Shown piece by piece: positions 1 to 14,813 of a DNA stretch of 64,000 bases. This stretch comes from Raillietiella orientalis (Eukaryota), in the NCBI GenBank assembly GCA_036172245.1, contig JAYWIR010000046.1, forward strand, positions 930,001-994,000, in the 5' to 3' direction. Each line of letters begins with the position of its first letter. Position 1 is the stretch's first letter. The notes below the pieces were generated by a model that saw only the letters and a list, made by a program, of their open reading frames with translations, was not told the DNA's origin and searched no databases. A program made the translations under genes and the position numbers.

Positions 1-607
1 CGTATGCCGTTTTCGGGCAAGATTTCTGCGTAATATTACCTCATGGGAGAACTCAGTAGACAACTTAATATTTGTCCTGGCTCGATGTGCTTTGAGGAAC
101 TCCATTTCTTGAAAACACGTGGAGATAGATTTCGCCACTGGAATCCGTTGGCTGCTTGAAAGAGCGTCGTCAATTGTGTGCGTGCTGCAAATTTTTGGAA
201 GCTTTCCTCTAATAAAAGCAACAGGTAAAGAAATGTAGGAACTTAATGAGAGGAAACTCCTCACGCAAATTGCGTCACTTCCACAAAGGGACTTTTTTGA
301 CATGACGTATCTCCTGCGCATGCCTGCTTCCTTCGGGAATCCGAAACTTTGTCTTTCCATCACAACTCGTACAGTCGGCTCGTTCAGCTTTTTCTTTCCT
401 CCTAAAGACATTCCCTTCCAACTTGTGCTGCTATTTTGCTCATTTACGAGAAAGAACGAGTTACTTTCAGAGTGCTTGTCGTATGCTTGGAATCCAATCC
501 TAAAATGTCACGATGTTGCACCATGGCAGGATGCATTGACTTCTTCTAATTCTTGTTCCTCGGTTTGTCAGGAGACAGTAGCTAAATCGAGGATTTATTT
601 GCAGGAA

Positions 608-3600
608 ATGCGATCCAATGAAACCAAAAATTCTATGGCCACAATGCTGGGAAAGGTCTTGAATCTTCAGAATATCAAAGCAAACTTGGGATCAGCGTTC
701 CAGGTCGTGTGCTCAGTGCTCGTGTATTATACATTTTCAATAGGATTGTTGTTTTACCAGAAAGCGGTCATCCAGGTCAGTAAATATGTCTTAAACCTTC
801 TGTCCGCGGTGGCAGCCGCATGGTCGTCACGGCGTTGCAACCGGTTCGAGCTTCAGAAATTAGGTCATCTCGACATTGCTCCGCCATATGATTCCGCAAC
901 CGGTGCTTCGAACTATAGCAACAACTGGCATAGGAAGTAGGGCGGAAGAAATGCTGGCCAAACAAACTTTGGCCAGGCGTTATATATCTTTTCGTTTCGT
1001 AACTTCGATCCGGGCAACATTCTGTGCAGGCGAAAAGAAATGCAGATGAGTGCGTGGCGCATTTTACCAAAGACTCCACCCCACCCACCCCCTCCATTTT
1101 TTTTTTTTTTTTTTCTTCATGGACTCCGGGTCATGATTTGGTCGTTTTCGTGTTGCCCTCTGGAGCCGAATATCGAAAAAGTCCGTAAATCTGCCATTGC
1201 CTGATTTCTTCCAAGGAAAGCCTGCAATGCAAACACAACAAGAAGTTGTGGCTTTTTGAATTTCTTCTAACTGGTGATAGGCCTGACTTTCTGCCCATTT
1301 GAATGCGTCTACCTTGAAAGCTTCCAAACAACCATGCTCATCATGTTTCCTATATAAGTACTTGTGCGTGTGTTTGTCGCTCAGTTCTAACGCGACTGCT
1401 GTAATGTGACTGCTTACTGTCTCCTGGCAACTGAGAATTGCTAAAAGCTGATCGAGAAGTTTGATGGTTCGGGGAGTGTGTGGACGGGTAGATCCCATGG
1501 CATATTGAATTTCTCCCAGATCACTTCGTCGACTTTTGACTATACGATTGCGAGAGAGCAAAGCAGCCGTCTGCAGCAGCCAGCTTCCGCTGGATCTCCA
1601 GGATTTGCTAGCAGATTGACGTTTGATTCCTGCTCTTTACAGACTTTCTGACCATCACCCCAATTCAGCGATGTCCGCCTTCTCTTCCTCAGAACTCGTC
1701 CCAACCAACTTCTTATCAGAATAGTTTCATTGCACCTAGATGTCAGTCTGAAATGCAAAGCAATTTTTTTTCTTTTCGGTCCGGTCCCTTGCCTAACGCC
1801 ATCTATGTCTTCTTGAGAACCCGAGACAAAATTATGAAAGTTTTATTCTCGTCAGCCCCAAAGTCTGGGATATTTATTCCATGCAAGAGTGCGGTTGTTT
1901 CTCACCCGGGTGCGGCGGGGCGTTTATTTCTAAACTATCCAGGAACAGAAGAGTGCGGTTGTTTGTCTGCTCGTCCGTCCATTATCCTAAACAGCTGCAC
2001 TTGACGCATGACTTCATTTGCTTACCGAAATCTGTATGCATGACGACTTGCTGTTTTGTATGTATACTGGAACACTGTGTAGGATCTTGCGGTTTCCATG
2101 GTTCGAAATAACCTTCGGGTACCCGTAATTTTCTAAGAACAATAAACCTGACCTTCCATTCGGTTTGTACTCACGCCTTGCATCTTCTCCCATTCTGGTT
2201 CTGGAACGATTCTCAAGGTTTGCCAAGAATCCTTGCCTGCTTCATCACAATTCTAAGGATTGTTTGGACCGGACAAGCCCAGGATGGTCATCTCAATCTG
2301 TTGGTAAATTTTTGGTCTTCCGTCGGTAAACTCTAAAATAGAGTTCTGTTTTTTCTTTTTTTCTAGGGTCTTTTTACTTCCGTTTATTGCCAGCGGCTTA
2401 CTTTGTAGCTTTAGAAAGCCTGGTCACCTTCTCCGAAAGCTTTTAGCCTCCACGTGGACGGGACATCTTTTCCGAGGAGCCGAAGTGCTGTTACCATGTT
2501 TTCCTGTTTTTCTGCTCCCTAAGCTATTGGGAGTCTTTCGCTAGTTCTGATCTAAATTCTGTACCATTTAGCCTTCCACCCTTTTCGTTAGTGATGATCG
2601 TTTCTTCCTCCTCCTGAAAGCATCCCAATCTCGAAAAGGCGAGAATCAGAAAGGTGAGTGAGGAAATGCAGAGGAACGAAGACAGCGTGGAGAGAACAAG
2701 CACTGAGTTCTTTGTCGTGGTCCTCTGCATCTCCTCAATTGCAAAAGTCTTCCTAATGTCCAGTTCGGTGCGCTAGTCTTTTGTAAATCCATCGGCCGGA
2801 AAATGAAGCACTCTTTGAAGGCGAAATATCCTGAGGTCGCCGCAGAAGGGGTAGCAGTGCAGTGCTTATTCTGGAAAAGTTCTTCAGAGTTTCCGAGAAG
2901 CGGCGTTGACTGAAAAACTTCAAACGAAGGAAAGTTCAGGTTGAATTCAGAAGCAGGAACGAAACCCAAACTAAACTTTCGCAAAGTCTTTGCTCTTTTT
3001 TTCTCATTGCAGTAGTTGGCGTAGCATCAGACAGTGCACTTCATAGAGAACGGGCGTTATTAGGGAGTCAAGCTAAATTTAAACATCTGGATGAAGTTTC
3101 GTAAAACTTAAGACTTCCTAGCAGGTGGCAGAATTAATCACTGCGCATCATGTTCATTGTAACTCATCAACCAAGAAAGCAGAAAAAAGCCTTCTAATGA
3201 TTGCCCACGTCGTTAGTTAAGGACCCTTATTTATTGATAAGAATCCTAAGCTTCAGATTTGCGTCTTCTGGCTGCATAGAGCAGCAGGGTGCCTTTTAAA
3301 GATGGTTCCACATGAGCACTGTGATCAGATCACGAGGAAGGAATGTGCTATGGTTGTTACGTGGAATGTCTGAATGTTTCGTGGATGCCCAGATGCACAG
3401 GCATGGTGCACATGTGCTGCTTGCACACCTGGGATCGAAGCGCTTTTCCACGTTTCCGAGAAAAACTCAGTTCTTAGAGCTGTTGAGCGGTTACGCAGTT
3501 GTAAAGAGGTCGCTAAGTCACTCGATGTTGGCCATGGACCACGTGCACAAGAGTCACGGCATCGATACACGCCCCTGCTCCAAAGCGGAGTTCTGGTCTA

Positions 3601-6600
3601 TTATGCGACCTCGCATTTGGTTTCTACACTTTTTTGTCTCTGATGTTTAGGATAAGTCATGCTTGCTCTCGTTGCACTTTTTGGATCGTTCTGCTAGTTT
3701 TTTTTCTTTTTTTTCAATCGTTCCTATCCAGCTCACTGCGAATCATTGTTCGAAGTTGTTTGTTGACAGTGACTGAAGAGAAAGACATCATGCTTGTTTT
3801 GCCAAAGCGAACGGATCCGTCAACTGATGGCATGGTTGCGTTTCGTCAGCTGTCTAGGGAAGAAGCAAAACGCAAAGCTCGAGTAGGACATGCTCAAACA
3901 TGGATTCACAGAAGAGTACGATGAGTTTTCGTATCCAAAGAAACCGTGCAAATCTCGCTTGTGGAAAGGGACGTGCTATCGTAGTCTTCGCAAGACTTCA
4001 GTTGCCTGCCTGTGGCTGCCGAAACTAATGGTGGCTCTTAAATGCTTGGGGCGAGACAGGGAATCGAGCTGCCCATGCAGGTGCTTGCAAAAAGCCGAAG
4101 CTCTGAAGGAGTTCCATTTTAATGTTGCGACTTTGCATTGAGCTTTTGCAGTTACAGAAATGAAGGCATTATCTCCGGATACCAACAGCTCTTCTTCAAC
4201 TGGTAAAGGAGGATCTCTGAGAGCATGGATAAGAGCTCGAACATTCTAGAGACCATCTGCCCTTGCCAATTTTATTTGTCCTCACTAGACCAGGTACTAC
4301 TTTTTGTGCCGTTCCATCGGACGCCCTGTGTTTTCGCTAAGTAGAGGTAGTTGCATCAAACTGAGAGAAGACCAGTAGAGCACTGTGCAAAAAGTGCAAA
4401 GAGCACACCGTGCAAGCGCTACGTGTGGAATAACATTGTCCAGGGAAGTGCGTTTCTCCCGCGCTCAGGCACACGCACGCATTTCTCATCCTCTTCAAAA
4501 AGTATGTGTCCGTGCAAGTGTCACCCACAGTAGTTCGAAAGGAGGCTCTCGTAATCAAAATCTCGTATCCTTCTCATGAGGAGTGGCGAAAGAAATGATG
4601 AAAACAAATGGGAACACTATTGGAGTCTCAACCCAAGAGCAGCAGCACACCTGCAAGCAGTAGCCATGAATGCAGAAGTGTTACTACAATCTTTACTGCA
4701 GTGTCGTCACCGGATTCTGCTGATATACAATGTCAAATCTTAATCCTGGTAGGTCTTCTTGGAGGAGCAGAAATCAAACCATAATAGGCAGTAGACAGCG
4801 TGGTTCGACACCAGAAAACACGAAAAGCTTGTACTGCGTCTTTTCGTTTGGCGCCGCAGGCTAGATATTGAGGGAGTGCGTGCTTGGTACGTATTTTTCC
4901 GTTTGTTGGAGTAGGTACGAAGTACCTATGTTGGAGTTGGAAGTGTATGGAACTTAGTGCACGAAGATCAGCGACTTGATTTATTTTGACGCAAGGAAAA
5001 GTGACGTAAATCAGTCAAAACGATAATTTTATATTCCAAGAACAGTTTATTTTGAAAAAATGAATAAATGGAACTTTTTGATTTTCGTGTTTTTATCCTG
5101 TGCGGTGAATTCATTCACCACGGCTCGGGTCTTTCCCCTTTTTAGGGGCCAAGTGCACTTGAACTATCTGAAGGCAGCGCTTTAATTAAGTGGCTCGAGT
5201 AATTTATGCAGGTTTCATAGATTCAGAATTGGCTCTGCTGTGAGTTGGCTGCTCTAGGTCTATCTAGGTCGACGTCCTTCGTTTCCTCACTGCTTGCTCG
5301 ATGGGCGACATGTTAATTCCTTCCGAAATGAGGACGTAGAGCAAATGGATCCAATCAGGGGGGCATTCTGAATGAAACACCAGGTGAACATCCCTTTTTC
5401 CCTAGAGTGTGGCTTTAATTGCTTGCAGTTGCCTCGAGCGGTTTTGAATGTATGGAAATTCTCTTACAGGGTGAAATGATCTCCGTTTCCGGAAAGCTAT
5501 CGTGAAGAAACGTTGCCAAACATGCGAATGAATACCCTGCATTAGCTGATTAAACTGTGAAGCTGAAAAATAAATAATTTTACGTGCATCGACTTCCCAT
5601 CCGTGAGGCCAATTCGATTGTCCAGTAAACCTTGAAATGTAAAGCCTGCTTCGAAAGCTGGCTGTCGGCGAATCACGGAGCGTTTCAGGCGGATGACTTT
5701 CCGTGGGATGCCAAGGATCCGTGGGATGCTCATTACAGAAGAGCTATGATGGAGAACGCATTTTTCGACATTAAAAAACGAAAGGACCGTTTCTAAGAAT
5801 GGTGTTTGCAGTGTAATATCTTTAAAAAAACAAAATCTCGGCGTGATCAACGAAATCAAGGAAATACATGTATGGGTTCATCGAAACCTTCAGGATATTT
5901 TTGGTTTCCTGTTCATGAATCTCCGAAAAAGACTCACAGGGCAGTGCGCGACCTTTTCGGTCCAAGTTTCATAGTACTTCTGAAAGTTCATTTTGACAAC
6001 TAAATCAAAAAGTGCTGAAGTTTTCAGCATTAATCGGAGCCAGTGAATACGGTTTTGGCGTTCGGGACTGGCTCACTCCCATTCAGAGCTCAGGTTGGAT
6101 GCTTTTCGCGTCATTTAACTTATGCAGAGCATTTTTGATTGATGGCTTCATGACCGGACGCGTTCCTCTTGACTAGGCTGTGAAAAAATTACTGGTTGCA
6201 ATTATTGTCAATCTCGGCCTGTTTTAAATTATATCCCTTTCCACCGATTAGATAAGCATGGCAACAGCATCCTAAGGAATGAGCACGGCTAACTTAAGGC
6301 ATTGTTTTCGAAGCAGATCGTGAAGACGATAACGTTATTTTAGTTTTGGAAACTTTTTCCGAGGTGCTTTGGCACCTCGGAAAGACAGCGTCATCTCCCA
6401 TGGTGGAAAAATTTTGATCATTGATAAGAATAGGCAAATCACTGAATGAATTATCTATATTAAAAGAAAAGCCCTGTGCATTTTTTTTTTAATTTGGAAA
6501 TTAATTTGCTTGATGACAGTCTATTTAGTTTGTTTCTTGGAACCAGTTAATGGGTTTCCATTAAAACAAAATGAAATCGTGCCCGTATTAAATTTTGCTT

Positions 6601-8577
6601 TAATAATAGTTGTGGAAATTTGCGTGTAATCCAAATGAGAGTTAAGCTTGTAAAACGTTCTAATGAAAAATAGAGACGGATTCTCGGAAGGTCATGAGTG
6701 TCATCTAAATGTCCCTGTACCTAACAGCAAGTTTATAAGCGTTTCCACCTTGAATAGCTTTCTTCTACTGTTCTGAATTTTCTTGTAATTGTTACCGTTC
6801 GATGTCATAAGAAAATTCAGTACTCGATTCAGTTCCTAGTGTCATTCGATAGCAGTTTTCCTGTTTATGTGAAGCAATATACAAGCGCTCACAGTAGACT
6901 ATTAAATATAACCTTAGTCCAGTGCCTTTGTTTTCATAGGATTTCCGGTACCCATTGTGTATAGTGCTCATTCACCTCTTGATAAAATTTACACTGGCAA
7001 GCTTGTTCCGTTTGACCTACACGTGCTACACTCACATACCAAGGGCCACTCTCCAGTGGCACGATTACGTGAGCAGAATCTCCCTGATTGGTATCACCAG
7101 TGGTCTTGACATCGGCCTGTCCAACTGGAGTTTCGAATTCATCACGATATCACTGTGAGTAGGGAGTTTCGAGGTGTCCATATTTATTTATTAGGTACAC
7201 CATGTGCAAATCTACATCCATCATCTTCATCATGTTCTTTGCTATCTTGCTTGGCTTAGAAAAAAAGGTAAGAGAGGCACGCAATCAGCATTTGTTTGTC
7301 TTGACTTCCTTGTCTGGACATCCACCAAAAACCAATCCACCAATTCGTTTCTCCCAGAATCAAGGCAAGACTTGAACTTTTCATGTAGGGAGGGATGCAG
7401 TAACTGAAATGCTATCGAACCAAAAACGAGAGGCGGATTTATGGAGCATTCGTTCATAACACATACTTGCATCCCTCATTGTAAGGACGCTACACATGAG
7501 TAATGAAGAACGCCTTACAACGCACCAATTTCCAACATTGCAATATACAGCCATTGCATTACGACCTCTCATGTTACGAACTTTTTCGACACTTTTGCGA
7601 ACACTTTTACAACTTTTTCAGCACTTGCAGAGTTTTTAAAAATCCAACCAATAAGCAGACAATAAGCATCATTGTGTTAACTGAGTGCAGCGTGTTGGAA
7701 ACTAGCTAGCTATGGGGCAGTGTGCATGCTGGAACACCTTGTAAAACATCTTCACAGCCCAAAACGCGTGCTGAACTTTGAATGGTCCTGAACTTACTAA
7801 CAGGGTTTTGTTTTCATTCGCAGCAATGTTCCATGATAGTCGTAGTACTGCAAATAGCTCTTGGACTCTTCCTTTTTACGTATAAATCTGTCCAGTTTCG
7901 CTGGGAAGGTTTTCTGCTCACCATCCTGGCATCATTGCTGAGGTGTAGTATACTTGCATTGTTATTTCTTTACAATGGCATTTACAGTTGTTTACTAGTG
8001 GCATCCGTTGGACATCAGCGCAACAAATAATGCAACGTAAACAAGACAGTATTTCGAATCCTATTGATATGATGTATCATGTGCAACCTTGGATGATGCT
8101 TAGCTTGTTGCCTCTTTGCGCCTACTTCGAAGGCAGGAAACTGATCGAGGCTCCGATGTTGTTCCATGTCCCCTTGTTGACTGCCTTACGATTCGCCTTC
8201 CTTTTAGTCGGTGTCGGTGGTTTATTGGCATTCTGCATGGAAATGGCAGAATATTGGGCGCTAGTGAAGTCTTCTTCCCTGACTCTGGTTATGGCAGCCG
8301 TCATCAAGGTGTAAATAGCTTGTTTAAAACCTGCGTACATTTTGGTTCTTTTTAGGAGATTTGCGTGCTTTGTCTCGCAGTGTATGTGAATGGAGACCGC
8401 ATGGAACCCATTAATATTGTCGGACTTGTTCTGTGCATGAGCGGTATCTTCTTGCACACCATGCGGAAGTTGTCTGAAGAGAGGAGAGCGTTGCAAGAGA
8501 TAAACAAAAGGAAAGTCACTGCTGTGCCTCTGCTGTCTGCAGAAAGTGAATGTTCAAGTAGTTCTGAAGAAAGATAA
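608..8577 (+). CDS. SLC35C2: Solute carrier family 35 member C2 (nucleotide-sugar transporter family), spliced
   Basis: GT-AG exons join in frame: 608-775, 6940-7154, 7195-7267, 7824-7942, 7999-8308, 8356-8577. Diagnostic peptides include [68 protein letters not shown] and LAFCMEMAEY. Confidence 0.9.
1130..2990 (-). mobile_element. Decayed DIRS-like retroelement fragment (RNase H / methyltransferase-like region), antisense in SLC35C2 intron 1
   Basis: The minus ORF 1064-1561 contains MGSTR...KLLDQLLAILS...VSSHI, resembling DIRS RNase H GGTRS..L..L...H, followed by AFKVDAFKW, resembling MT-domain A.DAF..W. Interrupted by stops and frameshifts; boundaries approximate. Confidence 0.45.
3220..3630 (+). 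mobile_element. Possible BEL/Pao LTR-retrotransposon integrase zinc-binding remnant
   Basis: HRHGAHVLLAHLGSKRF...LLSGYAVVKR, then PLLQSGVLVYYA in another frame, resembles H..H.G..LLA.L...C..CKR...PF..TGVDY. Very degenerate. Confidence 0.3.
6356..6383. repeat. Short perfect hairpin (12-bp stem, 4-nt loop)
   Basis: TTTCCGAGGTGC-TTTG-GCACCTCGGAAA. Confidence 0.85.
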
Positions 8578-11500
8578 TAATAGGAGAAAAAGCATGTCGT
8601 GTTTTTTTCTTATTCTTTTCATGCCTATCACCTGCAGAGGGAAGCATTACACGTGTATGTATCAGATACATGTGTTATGCAGTGTTTCCGAAGTTCTCCC
8701 CATGCGCCACCAAACATTCTTTCGCAGCGCTATTTGGACATCTTTCCCGGAAAGTGGTCATTTTCGTTCGGGGAGTCCGGGGCATGTGTTGCCCATACGA
8801 AGCCTTCCTCTCACATGGCGCTTCATCTCTTTCGCTCCCTGGTCTGCACTGCCCATTTCATCACCGTGGGAGAGCAGAATTCATCCCTGGATGCAGGCTC
8901 GTGTTGCACGTTTGCATTGCTTCATCTTGACTCTAGCTTGCGATTTTGGTTTGCCCTCTGAGGATTTCCTTTTATTGGACGTCAACAAAAAGTCAAAACC
9001 ATAGGAAAATCTTTAAGTATCGAGCTGGTTACTCGCGTACTTTCAACATCTGTGTTTGATCTCGTGTTTTCTGTCTTCCTTAGCATTTTTTTTTTTTTTT
9101 TTTGATGTGTTGAAGAATGTAGTAAATTTCCCTAGTACGGAAACAAGGTCTTCAGCTTTTCTTAAGACTTCGGGATGTCTATTTTCTGTTTTAAACAGAT
9201 CTCGTGGTCGCTATCTTGGATACGGTGATTTTTAATAACAGCCCCCCAGGTAATTGCATGTCAGAATCAAGATTCCAAGGACTTCACGCGAAACTTGCTT
9301 TTCGCATCTCCAGTACTGAACTGAGCTTTCTCTCGGTCTCTTCCAAAGTGTCTCGAGTTTTTCAAAAGTTTCCGGTTCGATTCCACCGACAGAAATCGGA
9401 GTCGGACGGGAACCCGACTTCTGCAAGGCGAATTCTACTTTGCGTAGCGAAGCTCTCGTGCATGCTTGATGGAACATTCGGAAGTGCAGCTTTTCATCAT
9501 TCTTTTCGAAGTTGAGGGTGAAAGAAAGTTGCAGGAAACGGGATTTTCTGTACAAATTACCAATGTGATCCTTAGCATCGCTTTGGCGTAGGGAACTTGT
9601 TTTCAGAGCAAAGCTCTAAATAAACGAATACAGTCGACCTTCTCCCAGAACGGTGTTTTTTGGCAGTTGATGAGCAGCTTGTAAGGAGCTCATTCAATTC
9701 GGTGAATGCTTGCAGTTCACAGTAAAATTTACACGAAGAATGAATAAAGAGATCGCATCGGCCGCCACACGATAAAAAAAAAAAAGCAAGCGAGTTTAGA
9801 TGTGGGACAGCTCTAAAATTACAATTACTAGGAAAATGTGAACATTTCAAGAGCGAAAGTGTGGAGTGGAAAGCCTTTGTAGGTTATTGATAGTTGGAAC
9901 AAGAGATAGAACCGAAGAGTTGAAGAATATGAACAGGTAGAAAAAGGAGGCATGATCTGAATTTAGCAACGAAACGCACGACCGACGCAGAACGGAAAGC
10001 ATCTGAATGATGGCATCAGTCTGTTCTTTTTTTTGCTAAGGATGACACAATGGAACAACGGGGTTCTTGGAAACAGAAGCGAAAAGAGAAGATAGATCTC
10101 ACTAGAATCGATGATGCGAGTTCGTTGGGATTCTCGAATTGCTGGCTGAGGACGCTCGTAGAAATTGGTTTGCTATAGGATGTTCACTGTATAGGAACGA
10201 TTTTATATAGTAAGGGAGAATTTATAGGGCTTCTTTGATGTTTGCAAAAGAGAAAGCTTGAATGTTGGCGGAAACGGCACAAGCTCCAGATAGAGACAAA
10301 GGAAAAGACAACTGTGTGAATCGGTAGAAAAAAGAAGTGGAATAAGTTTGACGGGATAAATAATAACAACGACAGGATTGGAACTTCGCTTATCTGCAAC
10401 CTGCTTTTTTGATGCTTTCATCTCCAGTTTACCGATATTTTCATGAGAGTTGCAAAGGCTGCAGGAGTGGGTGTAATTTGCTAGAATAAGAGTGCCACTG
10501 CGAGGAATTTAACAGTGAAGATTAAATCTCTTCAAACAAGCAATTCCTTGATACTGGTTTTGCCATTTCACTGGTATTTCGATAAGAAGATACCGAGTGT
10601 GATGCTCTAGGTGTTCGTGGAAGAATCAAGGAGTTTGCATTTAATTTGTTTTGTGGAGCGAGGTTTTACTTAGTGCTGGTCGTTCCACAGATTCGTGGGA
10701 GATTTTTTTTTTTCAATTTCCCGATAATTATCAATTAAAGCACATGAGTTTTTATTTCTTCACTTACTAGTGAGGCGCATTTGCTTGATGAGATGAGGTG
10801 ATGTACCTGGGAGCACTCCTTCACAGTGAATCGAGTTGATGCAGTGCTCAGCACTGTTGTTATCTGTGCTGTTATTTGATATATGATAGCGATACAATTC
10901 GAGGGGTACAAGATTATGATGGCTGCGACATGGAAGAATTGGGTTCTCCTTCGGTTCACATTGAATTCTTCAGAATCATGCATGACTGTGCAGGAGATAG
11001 AACGGAATTCACATGAAACTAGAAAGGGATGGGGGTTGGTGGGCATAGAAAGTTTCTCCGATTTGTTTTTGGTGGATTCACTTAGTGGGGGTGTAGCAAC
11101 TTGATCTTGGGAGGAGCTGTATAGAGTCGAGACAGAATACAAGAATTTTCATTTGCAGATACCGACCAGTACATAACATGTTCTGAGTTGTGCAAATTAA
11201 CGACGTAGCGAAAACTTCTTGAGGATGCGGAAAGATAGGTGTGTACACGGCATCCAAGCAGCTGGAACTAAAAGAGCATATCAGAGGAATTGATGGTCGA
11301 ATTATGGCAGAAGACGAAAATGAATTCTAGAATGATCTAGTTAGCAGCATGCTTGCTGATTTTGGAATTTGCATCAAAGAAGGGAAGCCAGTGCATGCGC
11401 TATCTTTATGAGAATGTGTAATTTGTAGAAGGCAAGAGTTCTCTATCATGCGAAGGAGCGCATCGTCTAATGGCATTTCCACCACCCCCCACACACACAG

Positions 11501-14500
11501 AAATGAGAACGAAAACAAATGGAGGCATCTATAAGAGTGCACTAATTGCAGGCTCATGCCCACAGCACATGAGGGTTTCAATTTCTTCCCATTTCCCAAC
11601 AGTTTGTCTCTTCGGTTTTACTTTTGAGTAAAACGTGATTCGGTGCATGAAATCACACCTTTCATAAAGAACAAGACTTTATATCACAATGTGGGACAGT
11701 GTGATTTGAGGAAGTCACAATTCATCTTAGGGGTAAGATCCTCTGTAGTAGCCTTCAAGCCACTGTTCTTAAAACTCTTCTTTCGAGCAGTTCAAGATGC
11801 TGCCCTTCCGGACGAACGTAGCCGTTGCTTTCCATCACCTGCATTGGTTCAGTTTCTTGTGATGGTAAGACCACAGGAATCGTGCCTTTCATAGGACAGA
11901 ACACTTGATAGCAGAATTTCTACCATTTTCCAGCGAATCAATCACTGTCAGCACATATTGGAGACAGTGACCCTTCAAATAGTAATGAACACTTCACTCT
12001 CTGTAGCCGGCAAACTTTCCATTCCCAGTCACGCTGGGAATAAATCAGTGGCGGGGAACCCCTGAACCAAAAAAAATTGGCAATGATCTTGATTCTCTTG
12101 GACCATTGTAGTCGTTTTGCGCTCTAATTGAAATAGTTAAGGTTCCGAAAGTTTGAATCCAGTACAAAGTTTTAAAAATCGTTCTGTGTAAGGCGTGAGG
12201 CGAACAAACTAACAATATTCTGCTCATCATGCACAAGATTATGGCGCAGATAAGTTTGCAGTGCCTTTGGCACCTAGAAACGAATGTGCACGTTGAATTT
12301 CACCGCAAACGGAATTTGTGTATATAAAAAAAAAATATGGATGGATGTCAACAAAAGTATGCCATAAAGTGTGCCACAATCTTGCTGCAGCACGTACATA
12401 AGTTCTGATCTCGTGAAAATGGTTATTCGAGAAATCCGAAAATGACGTTTGATTTCTGAGTTATCGAAATTAATTTTGCACGATCATTCATATCTTCTTA
12501 AGAGCGCTGTTGTATGCTTCATGTGGACAAAAGTGTGGTTTCTTTCTGAGCCTTTTCATCTTCGGCTTTTCTTTTGTATGAACCAAGATTGCATGTTGTT
12601 AAGACTGCACTTCTGTTAAAATCGATTTATCGACTGCTCAGCTTGGATTTTCATTTCTAATGGACCAACTTGAATCTCGAATTTGTCGCAGCAGTCATAT
12701 TCCTGCATATTAGCAAACGAATGGAATGCATGGACAAGAGCGTTCTAACATCCCACAATGCGCTGCTTATAGAGCATCTAATAAAGCAACGAAGTCCATC
12801 GACTGGTCTCAAATTTCTAGTGTCTTTAAAGTTATCGGACAATTTAACAAGCAGACATTTGTATTCCTCCAAGTGATTTTTGTGCTTTGGAGTGGCTAGG
12901 AAACCCTTTTAGTACATACCAAGTACAGTGTTCAAGAATTTCTCTCTACTTGAATTGGACTTTCAGAAAGATTAATTTGTACAGAATAATTGGTATTTCT
13001 GCATATTCACACTACAAAAAATGATTGAGCACGCTTGAGCATATAATAAGGCTACTTAGAGAGTCGACTATCACTACTGCGAATGATGCTGACTTGAACT
13101 AGGGACTATTTTGTTTGTAATGATTTAATTAAACTTTATAATAAATTTAATCATAACGTTTTCTGTGGAATTTAAGACTTGAGATCATTGGAAAATTATA
13201 TGTAGGATAAGGAAAAACTGAAGCTTACAGATGCCACCAAAATATTTTTCACTTGTAGATTCGAAGGGAAGCTGTTTGAAGAAGCACATCAAATATGCTG
13301 ATGTTGTATGTAATATGTATTTGTTTTACAAAATCACGCATTCTGCATGCTGAGGAAAGTGAAGAGTATTTCAACAAGATAGATTTCCTTATGCTCTCAC
13401 ATATGAAAATAATGTCCTGAGATTACAGATTACGGGTTTACATCATAAATGTCGCCTATATAGTGAACAGCAGGTAAAACATTCTGAGTCTTCACTATTT
13501 TCCACGTAGGGGTAGGAGTGCTATCTTATGAAAATACTCAATTTATGATGTAAACATTTTAAATAAAGGTGCAGAGTTTGAAAGAAAAATTTTGCAAATT
13601 CTGATCTTATGTGCATGTAAACGGAAACTGGACCATATGAATTATTCTTGAAGTTTGCCTCTTGCAAAAAACGCTTTTTGTCGGTTCTATGGTTTTATCA
13701 CTAATTTACTCTTTTATTTATTGACAGTTATGGAGTCTGATAGCAATGTTGGAAAGTGAATAATAGGAGTTGAAAGGTCGAGACGAAATAAGGCAATCTC
13801 GAAGAACGTATACTTTGTATTTTCCAGACCTTTAAGATCGGGAAGTCTTAGTGTCCGTCCCAGTTTGTTCCTATCGAGAACTCTTTTTTCACGTCTGAAA
13901 CGAAGAAGAGTTGAACGAACGTAGACAGCAGCGATATTTTCAAATGTATTAGTAAATAGATGTAACGATTTATCAAGTTGGAGATGTGGGACTTTTTAAC
14001 ATCAAAACCAGATAAATAAACGCATGTAAGATTGCTAGTCTTAAGTGATTGATATCATGTGAACTCCGGTTTAACGATTTGTGCACATAAATAGGTATAT
14101 AAATCTATTCTTGAAGTCTCGGTATGTAGCAGTTCTAACCGCATTTCCTGACAAATAAATAACAATCACCTTCTAAATTCACAGATGTGTGTATGTAGCA
14201 GCACAAGAGAAGAAGAAAAAATTAGAAACCCAAATGTTCTGATTCAGATGACTCAGAGATCTTTTTAGAAACACATCAACTGTATAATTAAAATTAATAA
14301 ATATCAGTAGAACAGCTGAGGTGTATACAATATCTTTGTTCACAACTTATTAACGTTAATTACTTTTCTCGATTACAAACTTTACTAGCAGTAGCAATAT
14401 TTATATCCATTATTGATGAAAAGTGGTAAAAGTAAAACCTCATCAAACAGTGGCGAGGAAGTTCTACACTAATAAATCTACCGCAAGATAAGAATCTATT

Positions 14501-14791
14501 CAGTAAGAAGTTGAAGGCTTAGATTCTTCTCTTAAATCAAAATGTAAAACTATCAGATTTGCTTCGTTTGCATGAACTTGATCTACATACTTCTCAGGAG
14601 TTCAGACAAACCCTCAGACATTCTGTTTAAGTAAAGATGCAGAGGTTTCACAGTAAAACACTAGTTTAGATATCACGTAAGAATCATAATTGGACTGTAG
14701 TCAGTGAAGAAAAGGGTGTTAGTGTAGAAAATGAATTATGCCTAAACAAAGGAAGAACACCTAGTTGCCATACTTGTAAGTTCCCTTTCGT

Positions 14792-14813
14792 GTGATCGAC
14801 AATTGTCGATCAC
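14792..14813. repeat. Perfect 22-bp palindrome
   Basis: GTGATCGACAATTGTCGATCAC is its own reverse complement. Confidence 0.9.

Noticed and set aside
302..940. 212-aa standalone ORF
   Set aside because: Only 608-775 is a spliced SLC35C2 exon; the rest is UTR or intron read-through.
9374..9384. tRNA or SINE from the B-box GGTTCGATTCC
   Set aside because: No A-box or cloverleaf upstream; an isolated motif.
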